A stretch of 64,000 bases of DNA from a virus, in IMG/VR virus record IMGVR_UViG_3300025118_004802, positions 17,822 to 81,821 of that record; one strand, written 5' to 3'. The notes below the pieces were generated by a model. It searched no databases. It was not told where the DNA came from and was given only the letters and a program-made list of their open reading frames with translations. Shown piece after piece: positions 21,524 through 31,856 of the stretch (the first letter of the stretch is position 1; every line of letters starts with the position of its first letter). The position numbers and the translations under genes are program-made.

Positions 21524-21735
21524 TAATCCTCAATCGGTTCATCCGTAGCAGCTTCGTGTAAAGCGTCGTCGAATTCGTCATCGAACTTTACCAAAGGCGG
21601 ATTCGTGACAACAAGTCCTTCCTCAGAATTTGTGAAATCAAAGTCCTTCAGTGTAGGTACGATATCACTTTGCTCCATTAAAGACTTTTGCAACGCCATC
21701 ATTACGGCGCCCATTGCTTGGTTAGATAGTTTCAT
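21523..21735 (-). CDS. Hypothetical protein
   Basis: 70 aa, AAGGA RBS, stop overlaps the next start. Confidence 0.6.
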   Translation of the reverse strand: MKLSNQAMGAVMMALQKSLMEQSDIVPTLKDFDFTNSEEGLVVTNPPLVKFDDEFDDALHEAATDEPIED

Positions 21736-21747
21736 TATTTTTCCTTT

Positions 21748-22713
21748 TTACCATGTAAATGTTTTTTTATAGAACTTGACAATCTGTTCTATTTGCTTGT
21801 CAAAATTGATCTCTGGCTTCCAGCCCAACTTGCGAAGCTTATCATCATTCAAGGCATACCGGACGTCTTGTCCTTTTCTAGAATACGAGAAGTCCACACA
21901 GTCCTCCCACATTAAAGGTTGAGATGGTTCATCTCTGTAGTAAGCCATAATGATCTTTTGAACTGTTTCAAGGTTGGTTTGTTCGAAGCCGCCGGCCACG
22001 TTGTAAATCTGATCGCTCTTGCCAGAATCAATTATAGCCAAAACAGCGCTAGCTGTGTCTCTAGCGTGTAACCAATTCCGGATCGGCTCACCGCTGTTGT
22101 GTAGTCTAATCTTCTTTGAGCGTCGCAAAAGTTTAACGGACAAAGGAATCAGCTTCTCTGGATATTGTCTTATACCGTAATTGTTAGTGGGTCTCAGGAT
22201 AACGTACTTTATACCGTAGGTCCGGGCCCAAGCCTTTATAAGTAGATCGGCCGACGCTTTTGACGCAGAATAGGGATTGCTAGGGTTTAACAAATCCTCC
22301 TCAACGTGTTCCCCTTCGGTGATATCACCATACACTTCATCAGTACTAAAATGGAAAAAGATGGGTGGTTGCTGGACGTTATTGGGCTTAACCTTTATTA
22401 AGTCTAACAAATTCTTAACGCCGTCTATATTGGATCTGATAAAATTTGTGCTATCTACGATACTGTTGCCAACATGAGTCTCAGCAGCAATATTGATGAC
22501 ATAATCACAATCAGGGATATGTTTGAGATCACATATATCTTTCTCTTTGAAAAAGAAATTGTCATACTTCTTCTTCATCTTGTCTATGAATTGGCGGCTG
22601 CCAGCATATGTAAAATTATCTACTCCATATACTTGCCAGCCACGCTTTAAGCATGCTTTCGTCACGTACGAGCCAATAAAGCCCGCACACCCTGTTATTA
22701 CTACTAGCTTCAT
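21748..22713 (-). CDS. rmlB: dTDP-glucose 4,6-dehydratase (RmlB-like)
   Basis: TGCAGFIGS, AAETHV, STDEVYG, PSNPYSASKA, NNYG..QYPEKLIP, RNWLH. Confidence 0.88.
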   Translation of the reverse strand: MKLVVITGCAGFIGSYVTKACLKRGWQVYGVDNFTYAGSRQFIDKMKKKYDNFFFKEKDICDLKHIPDCDYVINIAAETHVGNSIVDSTNFIRSNIDGVKNLLDLIKVKPNNVQQPPIFFHFSTDEVYGDITEGEHVEEDLLNPSNPYSASKASADLLIKAWARTYGIKYVILRPTNNYGIRQYPEKLIPLSVKLLRRSKKIRLHNSGEPIRNWLHARDTASAVLAIIDSGKSDQIYNVAGGFEQTNLETVQKIIMAYYRDEPSQPLMWEDCVDFSYSRKGQDVRYALNDDKLRKLGWKPEINFDKQIEQIVKFYKKTFTW

Positions 22714-22747
22714 CTCTCTATTATACTGTTTTTTTTAAATTTGTTCA

Positions 22748-23716
22748 CTACTTTTCAATCTGGTCGGAAATCCACTTATAGGTTCTTTCCATTCCCACTC
22801 GTAGTGCTTGCGCCTCTATCGGTCCGACTTTGTCAGTGAATAAAGTGTTGTCCGAGTTGCGACCACGGACTCCCTCGGGGCCTGGAATGTTTTTTATCCC
22901 CAAATCCTTGCCGGATATTTCAATGGCCATCCTCGCGAACTCATTGATGGCAATCATCTCCTCAGAACCAATATTCACGGGGCCCACAAAATCAGAGTCC
23001 ATTAGACGGCGCGTCATATCAAGGCATTCATCAATATAAAGAAAGGACCGAGTTTGTTTACCATCCCCCCACACTTCGATCTGTGTGCTATCAGGCGCAA
23101 GGGCGACCTTTCTACAGAAAGCGGCGGGGGCCTTTTCACGGCCGCCGTCCCATGTCCCTTCCGGGCCAAAAATGTTATGATAGCGTGCTATCCGCACTGT
23201 TAAACCGTAGTTCTTAGCAAAAGCCAGATAAAGACGCTCGCTAAAAAGCTTTTCCCACCCATATTCACTATCAGGTGACGCCGGGTAGGCCGAATCCTCA
23301 ACACATTTGGGATTGTCCGGATCCATTTGATTGTATTCGGGATACATACAGGCAGACGAGGAATAAAATACTCTTTTTATACCCTTATCCACGCACTGAC
23401 CCACAATGTTAAGATTAATCAATGCAGAGTTGTGCATTATATTTGCGTCGTTCTCCCCTGTAAAGATAAACCCTGCACCGCCCATGTCTGCGGCAAACTG
23501 ATATACCTCATCAATATCCTCCGAGACCACCTCATCACACAATCGCGGGTCTTTAAGATCTCCAAGGATAAACTCATCCGCAACTTCAGCGCAGTTGAAA
23601 TAATCATGTTCTTTGACATCGACGCCACGAACCCAATGACCTTCTGATTTCAACCGCTTTACCATGGCTCCCCCAATGAAGCCGCCAGCGCCACAAACTA
23701 GTATTCTCTTGCTCAT
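22748..23716 (-). CDS. GDP-mannose 3,5-epimerase-like extended SDR
   Basis: GAGGFIG, FAADMGGAGFI, YSSSACMYPE, YGWEKL, RYHNIFGPEGTWDGGREKAPAAFCRK, GPEGVRGRNSDN. Confidence 0.88.
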   Translation of the reverse strand: MSKRILVCGAGGFIGGAMVKRLKSEGHWVRGVDVKEHDYFNCAEVADEFILGDLKDPRLCDEVVSEDIDEVYQFAADMGGAGFIFTGENDANIMHNSALINLNIVGQCVDKGIKRVFYSSSACMYPEYNQMDPDNPKCVEDSAYPASPDSEYGWEKLFSERLYLAFAKNYGLTVRIARYHNIFGPEGTWDGGREKAPAAFCRKVALAPDSTQIEVWGDGKQTRSFLYIDECLDMTRRLMDSDFVGPVNIGSEEMIAINEFARMAIEISGKDLGIKNIPGPEGVRGRNSDNTLFTDKVGPIEAQALRVGMERTYKWISDQIEK

Positions 23717-23717
23717 C

Positions 23718-24821
23718 TTATCTCTCCTCATATTCAAACAAGTTGCCATATTTTTCAGAAACACTCTGAATAACTGCTTTTCTTTCTCTAATCTTTACGT
23801 TGAAGCCTCTTCTGGCTACCCCGGCTGCGAAAGCTAGCTGCTGGGACTCGATAATCATTGTCGACTGCGGTTTGTAAGTCACACACTCAAACACTATCTG
23901 TTCATCGTTGTCATTGTTTTTTACGAACTCCTCTATTTGGAAATCTAGATGCCGCTCGTTAACCTCATCTGAAGCTATGCTTATAAGGGCGCTCATATCT
24001 TTGTCTTTTGCACAGAGGGCAAAAGCACGATTGTCTCTTGGAAAACAAGGCCCTCCATACCCATAGCCGTAACCTAGGTATTTAGAACCTATTCTGCTAT
24101 CACCACCAATCGCTTTTAAAACAACTTTCGGATCTCCATCGTAACTCTTAACGATGTCACCGACCATATTAGCATAGGATATCTTGGTTGTTAAGAAGCA
24201 GTTTAGTGCAATCTTGGTTATCTCCGCCTCAGTGCACGACATCCTATTAAACTTTGGTCCACTCTTAGTAACCTTTTCGTAGACCTGTTGTATTGAATCC
24301 CCTGCCTGTTTGGTTCCTTCTCCTATCAGTATTATGTCCGGGTTTAACTGGTCCTTGATAATTGTACCTTGCGCTATAAACTCTGGGTTATAGCTAACTG
24401 TGTAACCATATTGGCTGATCTCTTCAGTAACCCTTTCGCAGTATCCAGGCATCACAGTGCAGCAAACAACAAAATGCTTGTTGCTCACGGTGCCATAAGA
24501 CTTTACCTTCTCAACAACAGAATCTACTTGGGAGTGATCGTATCTACCGTTATCCAAAGAGGGGGTGGCCACGATTACAAAGATTAAATCAGAAAACCGT
24601 AGCGCTTCTTCGACACTCGTTGAAGCTTTAAAATTTTTGCAGCTCCGTAAAAGTTCTTCGACCCCTTCTTCATCACTATTAAGTGTTCTTGAGTTTACTT
24701 TATCGATGTATTCTTGGCTAATATCAACACCTAAGACGTTATAGCCAGCCTTCTCCAGAGTCAAGGAAAAACATATTCCCAATTTTCCAATGCCAATAAC
24801 CGATATATTTTTCATACTCAT
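23718..24821 (-). CDS. UDP-glucose/GDP-mannose dehydrogenase family protein
   Basis: [41 protein letters not shown]. Confidence 0.9.
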   Translation of the reverse strand: MSMKNISVIGIGKLGICFSLTLEKAGYNVLGVDISQEYIDKVNSRTLNSDEEGVEELLRSCKNFKASTSVEEALRFSDLIFVIVATPSLDNGRYDHSQVDSVVEKVKSYGTVSNKHFVVCCTVMPGYCERVTEEISQYGYTVSYNPEFIAQGTIIKDQLNPDIILIGEGTKQAGDSIQQVYEKVTKSGPKFNRMSCTEAEITKIALNCFLTTKISYANMVGDIVKSYDGDPKVVLKAIGGDSRIGSKYLGYGYGYGGPCFPRDNRAFALCAKDKDMSALISIASDEVNERHLDFQIEEFVKNNDNDEQIVFECVTYKPQSTMIIESQQLAFAAGVARRGFNVKIRERKAVIQSVSEKYGNLFEYEER

Positions 24822-25642
24822 TTCAACCTACATTTCGCTAAAAAATGCCAACCTATCTCTTCGCACATCTCTTTATATTGAAAAGAGGTCATGTTCTTAA
24901 ACTCATCCCTCACCACATATTTTTTATTTATATAATTTGGTATATCAAACTTAAAAACGTGGTCCTTTCTTAGTTCCAAAATTTCAAAATCCGAGAGCAT
25001 CTTTTCCATCCCGGAACGCGTGTATGTTATTGCTCTTGGACAATTTAATTGCGCTTCAGCATAGTACTGTATAACTTCGTTGGACTTGGAAAAATCAACT
25101 GTTTCGCTTTGATACATAAAATCAAACAACTTAAAGCTATACTTAGCATAAACCATTAGCCGAAGTTCTCCACTCTTCTTCAACACTCTGTGGGCGCTGT
25201 CTATTATCTTTTGTGGATACTCAGAGTGGTGTATAACACCAAATGAATAAACAAGGTCAAACTTGTCTTTAATCTTGTTATTCTCTAATAGCTCTGACAA
25301 GTTCTCTGCATTTCCTAGAATAAAGTTCGCCTGTAGCCCGTACACGTCAAATCTCTTCCTGCACAGATCTAGGCTCTCTTGAGATAACTCGATAACTGTT
25401 AAGTTGGCACCATTTCGAGCGAAGTTTATGCTATCGGTACCAATGCCACACCCAATTTCTAAAACATTTTTAGCCGTCCATTTTTCAAACTCTGCAAATT
25501 GGGGGATGTGCGGCTCGACAAAGTATTTTCTTTTTTCAACTTCGTCGAAATATTCTTTGGTGCCGATATTCTTATCCGAATGCTTGATATTGCAAGGCCT
25601 TTTATTCCAATAGTCCTTGATCTCTTCCATCAACATAGGCAT
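24818..25642 (-). CDS. Class I SAM-dependent methyltransferase
   Basis: [23 protein letters not shown]. Confidence 0.88.
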   Translation of the reverse strand: MPMLMEEIKDYWNKRPCNIKHSDKNIGTKEYFDEVEKRKYFVEPHIPQFAEFEKWTAKNVLEIGCGIGTDSINFARNGANLTVIELSQESLDLCRKRFDVYGLQANFILGNAENLSELLENNKIKDKFDLVYSFGVIHHSEYPQKIIDSAHRVLKKSGELRLMVYAKYSFKLFDFMYQSETVDFSKSNEVIQYYAEAQLNCPRAITYTRSGMEKMLSDFEILELRKDHVFKFDIPNYINKKYVVRDEFKNMTSFQYKEMCEEIGWHFLAKCRLK

Positions 25643-26400
25643 TATACATTCAACCTGAAAATTGGAATCGGGTTCATCTTATGGGAATTCCTTTTGTTGA
25701 AGTGTCTGTAGACTTCAAGAACCTCTTTCTCCCTTCCCGTCATATCCTCTGGGGCTTTTTCGGTTTCCATAGCCCATTCCAACTCTTCATAAGACGCCCC
25801 AATTTGCTCTTCGTCAGTCCTGTCATCTTCCCACAGGCCATCAGTGGGAGGCGCTGCTATGATCCTTGGGTTCACTTCCAGTTCTTTCGCCAGTCGTCGT
25901 ACCTGAGTTTTTGTAAGGTCTGCTATCGGGCTTACGTCCACACCCCCGTCTCCGTATTTGGTGTAAAAACCAACGCCAAAGTCCTCCACTTTGTTCCCGG
26001 TACCAACCACGATTCCTTTGTTATTTGCCGCGGCGAAGTAAAGTATCATCATTCTCATGCGCGCCTTCGAATTAGCCTCAGCTAACTTGCTCGTACCAAG
26101 GTGGTCCGTGACGCCGGTAAGGAAAGAATCAAACGCGTCGGTAGCATCGATCTTCAAAGAAGACACATTCACATATTTCTCTGTCAACTCCTGGCAGTGT
26201 AGTTCCGACAAGCTAGTATTGACTGGTTTAGAGTTTATTGGCATATTTAAGACAAGTGTCTCTAATCCAGTTTGAGCGCACAGAGTGGAAACAACAGCAG
26301 AATCTACACCTCCTGAAACACCGACCACAAAACAACTTAACCCGCTCTGCTCTAGGTAATCCTGCAACCATTTGGAAATTTCCGTTTTCAGTCCATTCAT
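25642..26400 (-). CDS. nadE: NH3-dependent NAD+ synthetase
   Basis: [53 protein letters not shown]...TDEEQIG. Confidence 0.93.
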   Translation of the reverse strand: MNGLKTEISKWLQDYLEQSGLSCFVVGVSGGVDSAVVSTLCAQTGLETLVLNMPINSKPVNTSLSELHCQELTEKYVNVSSLKIDATDAFDSFLTGVTDHLGTSKLAEANSKARMRMMILYFAAANNKGIVVGTGNKVEDFGVGFYTKYGDGGVDVSPIADLTKTQVRRLAKELEVNPRIIAAPPTDGLWEDDRTDEEQIGASYEELEWAMETEKAPEDMTGREKEVLEVYRHFNKRNSHKMNPIPIFRLNV

Positions 26401-27272
26401 ACTAGTTCCCATCTATCGGGGTAAAACCCGTTTTCTACTCTTCCGTCATCAGGTACAGTATAATTTTTTGGTGCAATCACTTTCTTACCTTCTTTTTCAT
26501 TTAGGAATGCAGCCCAATAACCAAAAGAGGTCATGTGTGTGGTTATATGATGATCACAATTCTTCATAATTGCAAAATCCTGTATATCTGTTTGCTCCTC
26601 ACAAAACAAAAATCTGCCTTCGTCCAAATTCTGCTTGCACCAAGCAATATCTGTTTGGTTATTACTCATTCCTGCGCGGCTGCCTCCTGAAAATACCAAG
26701 AATCTACAATTAATATTATCAAACTGTTCAATGGCTTTAAAGAAATATCTGCCAAAAATGCTCTCTTCAGACAACGTATCTGCAGGCCCATAATAGTTTG
26801 CGTAATCAGGATTGGTGCCGTCTGTTAGATCGCCGCGGCGTATGTGCACGCTCACGATCTTCTCATTCCTGGTCTTGAGGCTTGCTAGGTATTCCTCTGC
26901 ATATTCATCTAACTCTTTTCTCAACCGTAAATCAGCACGAACAGTTTTTTCGTGTTTAGCAAAGTATTGATAATTTTGAAAATACCCCGCAAGATCGGTG
27001 TTATCGCCTATCTGAAATACCTGAGGCCAATACGCAGCGTGGTGAGGTTCTGTAAAACGGAATCTTAGAGAGCGGTAATCTTCGTCAGTCAGGAAATCAC
27101 ACCCAATGTTAAACTCTGTAAGCTGACAACGTTGGTTTTGCCACACAACCTGCTCCGGATCTGGGATCTTCATCTCATATCCGGTTTCTAATGATACACT
27201 CCTCAACGCAGCATATTGAAAAAGCTGGTTGCCCAGCCTACCAAAATTTCCTAATTGCGTATATGTGATCAT
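26397..27272 (-). CDS. GT11 alpha-1,2-fucosyltransferase-like glycosyltransferase
   Basis: GRLGNQLFQYA, GYFQ, SVHIRRGD, TSFGYWAAFL. Confidence 0.9.
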   Translation of the reverse strand: MITYTQLGNFGRLGNQLFQYAALRSVSLETGYEMKIPDPEQVVWQNQRCQLTEFNIGCDFLTDEDYRSLRFRFTEPHHAAYWPQVFQIGDNTDLAGYFQNYQYFAKHEKTVRADLRLRKELDEYAEEYLASLKTRNEKIVSVHIRRGDLTDGTNPDYANYYGPADTLSEESIFGRYFFKAIEQFDNINCRFLVFSGGSRAGMSNNQTDIAWCKQNLDEGRFLFCEEQTDIQDFAIMKNCDHHITTHMTSFGYWAAFLNEKEGKKVIAPKNYTVPDDGRVENGFYPDRWELV

Positions 27273-28657
27273 GGGGTACCCAAAACCTCCTCCCACACGC
27301 TGCTTATCCGGGCGTCGTCATTGAATTTGTTGAAGTTTTCTCTGCTTTTAAGCTTAAACTTATTGAGAGATCTAGTATTCAATGTTAAAATTCCATTAAG
27401 TGCTGCGGCGAACGTATCCACGTCGTAAGTTTCCACAATTGCGCCCGATTCATCATCAATAAAATCCCATGCAATACATCGGTCAAATGAGACGGTCGGG
27501 GTACCGTGGGCGGCCGCCTCCGGTATGGTGCGCGGCATCGCATCCTCTAAGGTAGTACACGCGTACACGTCCGCCGCTAACAAAACATCAGTCACCCCTT
27601 GCTGACCAAGGAGCCCTGCTCCAAAAAATTGCAATTTCTTTGGTAAGAATGCCTTGCACTTTTCAAAGTCTTCAAGATTACCTACCAAATAAAACGCAGT
27701 TTCTTGCATCTGCTCTTCGGAAAAATATTTCTTTTCTAAAAGGTGTAACGAATCCATATAGTATTTAAAACCCTTGCGAGGCAACAAAGGATCATAGCCT
27801 GACCACACACAAATATTTTTCAAATCTTGGCCAGTGACGGAACGCAGACCCTTCAATATCTTTTTTTTCTTCTTCCGCTTAAGTTTCAAAAATTCATTAT
27901 TAGGCAAATCACTAGAACCTACGTTCTTCAAGGGAATGATATAATGAGGGAGTTCTTTAAGTAAAAAGCTACTTTGAGATTGACGCTTTGCATATGTTGC
28001 CGGCAAACATATTTTTACGCGATCGCTGTTTTTTACCAAATCCAAACTTAGAAACTTTCTCATCTCCTCAAACTGTATCTCAGGAAAATTTGCACCAATG
28101 GGCCCCGCAGATGGATCGGCTTTTAGTTGATGTACAAATTCGCAATTATAACACCCACTCTCAAATTTATACTTATCGCAACGCGCTTCCTCTGGATAAG
28201 AACACAGCCCCGTATGGGTATTATGAACTAACCCATAAATAATCAATTGTGAATCAAAGTGTTCCATAATTTTAGCGGCCAACCGAAAATCTAAATCACT
28301 CTTGTCTGCCAGAATGATATTTTTGTGCTTAGGAAGTTTAGTAACATCAATCTCATCAATATAGGGTTGCGAGTGGAGCGGATCTGTTTCCTCATGCCCG
28401 TGTAAATGTAGAACTGAATATCTGAATCTAGGATTCACTAGTGGTGCTGGCAGAATCTGGCTCACGTTATACAAACTTTCTCTTTCAAAGATAGCGCCTT
28501 CGGTGCACAAATATGCGCAGTCTCTCTTAAGAGTCTCCTGAAAGTATTTAAAAACCTGAAAGAGGCCATGATTGTCTGAGCCTGCATAGTTATCAGTTCG
28601 ACTTATGAATATCGTGTCAAATTCTTCATTAGACATGTCGTTAATGCTATTTATCAC
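27269..28657 (-). CDS. GT4-like (WcaC-like) glycosyltransferase
   Basis: HTGLCSY..C, RKG, ADVYACTTLEDAMPRTIPEAAAHGTPTV. Confidence 0.8.
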   Translation of the reverse strand: MINSINDMSNEEFDTIFISRTDNYAGSDNHGLFQVFKYFQETLKRDCAYLCTEGAIFERESLYNVSQILPAPLVNPRFRYSVLHLHGHEETDPLHSQPYIDEIDVTKLPKHKNIILADKSDLDFRLAAKIMEHFDSQLIIYGLVHNTHTGLCSYPEEARCDKYKFESGCYNCEFVHQLKADPSAGPIGANFPEIQFEEMRKFLSLDLVKNSDRVKICLPATYAKRQSQSSFLLKELPHYIIPLKNVGSSDLPNNEFLKLKRKKKKKILKGLRSVTGQDLKNICVWSGYDPLLPRKGFKYYMDSLHLLEKKYFSEEQMQETAFYLVGNLEDFEKCKAFLPKKLQFFGAGLLGQQGVTDVLLAADVYACTTLEDAMPRTIPEAAAHGTPTVSFDRCIAWDFIDDESGAIVETYDVDTFAAALNGILTLNTRSLNKFKLKSRENFNKFNDDARISSVWEEVLGTP

Positions 28658-28663
28658 CTGTTT

Positions 28664-29281
28664 CTATCTAACCTCTATGTCTTTAAACAATTCAAACTCG
28701 GTCAAATCACGATAGGGAGGATCCTCCGGAATGTCCGGCATGTGTTCTGGGTAATTCTGCATCAGCATAAGGCCGCGGGTAGCTTGCTCGGGGCCCATAT
28801 ACATATTCCACCCCTCCTCTCCAATGTCATCCTCATGGTAGGGCACCGGGCTGCGACCTTCGTAGCGACCCTTCTTAAACCACTCAACTGCCTCTTCATC
28901 ATCAGTTAGAATCATGCCTCCTTTACCAATCTTTAGATGCTTCTTAATATGGAAAGACAGGCACATGTAGGCGCCGGGAATATACATGTTAGAAGTAAAC
29001 CTTTTTGCAGCATCCCAAATAGGAAACGGTTTAAATTGGTATATCCCTTCCCACTCAACGTCTTCGAACACCAAATTGCCGCCGGCCTGCATAATAGACT
29101 GCGGAGGGGACAAATAGGTACGTCTTGGTATTATAACGTCTTGGCCGCTGATGTCGTTATACATGCATGCTAAAAAAAGAGCGTTAGTACAGCTATCAGT
29201 CGATACAGCATAGGGCGCGCCGGTGTAATGGGCAACTTCTTCCTCAAACATTTCAACTATTTTATATGGGTTATGTAACAC
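28664..29281 (-). CDS. Short DegT/DnrJ-family PLP aminotransferase
   Basis: FEEEVA...YAVSTDSCTNALFLA, WDAA, CLSFHIKKHLKIGKGGMILTDD. Confidence 0.8.
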   Translation of the reverse strand: MLHNPYKIVEMFEEEVAHYTGAPYAVSTDSCTNALFLACMYNDISGQDVIIPRRTYLSPPQSIMQAGGNLVFEDVEWEGIYQFKPFPIWDAAKRFTSNMYIPGAYMCLSFHIKKHLKIGKGGMILTDDEEAVEWFKKGRYEGRSPVPYHEDDIGEEGWNMYMGPEQATRGLMLMQNYPEHMPDIPEDPPYRDLTEFELFKDIEVR

Positions 29282-30107
29282 TCTTTTCCACTTGCTCTGA
29301 AGGCCACCAATTATGTCTTACAAACCATAAATTATGTGCCTTGATAACCTCATCGGGCGGTGAGGCCACCCTAGCTACTTGTTCATCAACTCTCATGTCC
29401 AAACTAGTCCACTTTGATTCTTCTGATGTGGCGGAGGGCGAGCCTAGGCGCCTGCGGCGAAAAGTTTCGAAATCGTTCGAAACAGCTTCAAAATCAATAA
29501 TATGATGTGTTCGATGTATCTCTTCAATCAGTTTTCTTTTGCATTCGAAACCATAAAAGTCATGTAATTCCATGGCGATAAAGTCTATTTTATCATATGA
29601 ATTAAAGTTTTTAAATATCTCATATTCGCTTCCCTCACAGTCAATCTTAAGATAATTTATCCTATCAACCTTAATTAAATCAAATATATCATCTAAAGAC
29701 ACTGTCTCGCAACTTTCATCTAAATTTGAAAAATCTTCACTCTCAAAATCCGCACACGTAATGTTTCCACTGTAATTTTCTTTTTCTGCCCTCAATTGGA
29801 CTTCCACACCGGAGTGGCCAGTTACCGCTTTTTGGAATACTTCCACGTTGTCAATCGACATTAGTTCACAAAAGTTTCTTATGATTTTGCAGTGTCTTTC
29901 GAACGGTTCAAATGCATATATCTTGTGGAATAATGCATTTGCATATATTGAAAATGCACCAATATTTGCACCAATGTCGACCGCGATGGGCCATATCTGG
30001 CCCCGGTCAGGTACCGGGAGCGGGTAGCTGGCCCAACATTCTTTTACAAGCTCCTCCAAACTATCAATAACGTTCTCGTCGGTAAGGTTCGTAAATTGAG
30101 TACTCAT
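29271..30107 (-). CDS. FkbM-family methyltransferase
   Basis: VDIGANIGAFS, AFEP, LKIDCEGSEY. Confidence 0.9.
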   Translation of the reverse strand: MSTQFTNLTDENVIDSLEELVKECWASYPLPVPDRGQIWPIAVDIGANIGAFSIYANALFHKIYAFEPFERHCKIIRNFCELMSIDNVEVFQKAVTGHSGVEVQLRAEKENYSGNITCADFESEDFSNLDESCETVSLDDIFDLIKVDRINYLKIDCEGSEYEIFKNFNSYDKIDFIAMELHDFYGFECKRKLIEEIHRTHHIIDFEAVSNDFETFRRRRLGSPSATSEESKWTSLDMRVDEQVARVASPPDEVIKAHNLWFVRHNWWPSEQVEKSVT

Positions 30108-30628
30108 TGAACTGCCCCGGTCTTTCCCAGCAACATCAAATTCTGAACGGTCGTAGCTCTTAAAATCTCACCATTGTACGTGAAAATTTTCACCGCCCCA
30201 CCATAGGAGGTCAACTCCAAAATCTTATCTGCGGCGTCTTTCATACAAATGAGACCCATTTCACCATATGGTTCAACTTCCTCATTTCGTAGCTTTGTTA
30301 AAATCCCTCTCCCTATCAAAATTGGAAACTTCACAACTATTCCGTTTTCACAATTTTGCAACAAGTATGACTCTGCTAAATTCTTATAATGTACATACCA
30401 GCAATCTTTTTCAGAAGTGGTAGAAACAAATATAATTTTAGATTTGTTATGTCGATCGGTGAAAAGCTTAAACTTTTCGTATTCGGTCGATTGAGCAGGT
30501 TTGGAGCGATCTTGAATATTCCATGTATGGTAAATATATGTTGAAATAGGTGATGATGCATCACTTTCTGTTAATCGTTTGTTAAGCACGTGGCCCAACT
30601 GTCCTCTTCCATTAATAAGCTTTATCAC
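30104..30628 (-). CDS. Short RmlD-like/Rossmann-fold protein
   Basis: NGRGQLG, IIFVST, YVHYK (YxxxK). Confidence 0.55.
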   Translation of the reverse strand: MIKLINGRGQLGHVLNKRLTESDASSPISTYIYHTWNIQDRSKPAQSTEYEKFKLFTDRHNKSKIIFVSTTSEKDCWYVHYKNLAESYLLQNCENGIVVKFPILIGRGILTKLRNEEVEPYGEMGLICMKDAADKILELTSYGGAVKIFTYNGEILRATTVQNLMLLGKTGAVQ

Positions 30629-30675
30629 AGTTCAAGAATACCATATAATGCCAAGATCGTTAATGGGCATCAAGA

Positions 30676-31083
30676 TTAGGCCTCTTCTTTATGGGCCTCT
30701 TTTTCCAACAAATAGTATTTCTTAACAAATCCACAACTTTCAAACAGCTTAATGCTTGCTTTGTTTTCAAGCTTAATCTTTGCAACTGCATCTGGATACA
30801 GTTGCATTATTTCATTAACCATAAATTTGCCCACCCCTCTCTTTTGAAAATCTGGATGAGTACATACTCCGATGTCTTCAGCCAGCACCCGAATAAAGCC
30901 GGCTGGTTTATCATCAACTAAACACAGGTGGAAACATTGGCCGTGAGACATCATATAGTCGACATGCTGTTCAGGGCGAATCTCCTCTTGTTGGATAAAC
31001 CCATACTTAACGCGCCCGTCGTTGCGCAGCCCTCTTATAAACTCCCAGTATTTAGGTTCATTTTTGACAAATTCTAACCGCAT
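30676..31083 (-). CDS. GNAT N-acetyltransferase (PseH-like)
   Basis: HPDFQKRGVGK, ENKASIKLFESCGF. Confidence 0.88.
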   Translation of the reverse strand: MRLEFVKNEPKYWEFIRGLRNDGRVKYGFIQQEEIRPEQHVDYMMSHGQCFHLCLVDDKPAGFIRVLAEDIGVCTHPDFQKRGVGKFMVNEIMQLYPDAVAKIKLENKASIKLFESCGFVKKYYLLEKEAHKEEA

Positions 31084-31856
31084 GATTTATATATATCTCC
31101 CAGTGGGTGCCCCAACCAATAAGCTTTCAAATAATCTCGTTCAAGAGATAAATCCATCCACTTATGAAGGGTGGTACCTACATCAATATACGTGTTTTTC
31201 TCCGCAATGTTAAATAATTCATGAATCAATATTTCGCTAAGGCTGCTGGCGGAGAAAAGAAAGACGTGGTCTTGAATGTCGTTGTTTTGGACCCACTCGC
31301 ACACCTCATCAATCAGGTGATGATCGTTGACAATGCAGTTTCTTCCAACTCGAAAATCCTTTACCACGTCAAAAGGAAGTGTTTGGATGTTCGCGTTTTC
31401 ACTACATACCATAACGACTTTATGGTTGGCAAATTCTGGTACCATGTTGTTGACAAAGAGGGGGTAATTGGCGTTAACGAACAAATTTGTCGTGGTCCAA
31501 TGTTCCTCGCCGTTATTATAGAGATCGCGCATCCACGGTATATACTCATTGATTGCGCACGTGCAATTAGCGCATCCTCCGCCGACAAAATAGTTCTTCT
31601 TTTTAAAGGAAAAGGCTTTTAAGAGCCTTTCTCTCACGATAGCGTCCCTTTCGGGTAAGAATTCTTTATAATCGTCGGGTGAGTATCCGAACCCATACCT
31701 TATGTCACCTACCTCTACATGACTCTCCCCTAAGAGGACCTTCTTATTTTGCATTACAAATACTTCACCATCCGAAAACCGCGTAAACGCAAAGTGTTCC
31801 CCGTTTTTTAGCTTGTTCAGCAAGAAAAAAAAGTCCTCTACATACCCTTGCGACAT
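31074..31856 (-). CDS. GT-D fold (DUF1792-like) glycosyltransferase
   Basis: FAFTRFSDGE near the N-terminus and IDVG near the C-terminus. Confidence 0.65.
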   Translation of the reverse strand: MSQGYVEDFFFLLNKLKNGEHFAFTRFSDGEVFVMQNKKVLLGESHVEVGDIRYGFGYSPDDYKEFLPERDAIVRERLLKAFSFKKKNYFVGGGCANCTCAINEYIPWMRDLYNNGEEHWTTTNLFVNANYPLFVNNMVPEFANHKVVMVCSENANIQTLPFDVVKDFRVGRNCIVNDHHLIDEVCEWVQNNDIQDHVFLFSASSLSEILIHELFNIAEKNTYIDVGTTLHKWMDLSLERDYLKAYWLGHPLGDIYKSCG

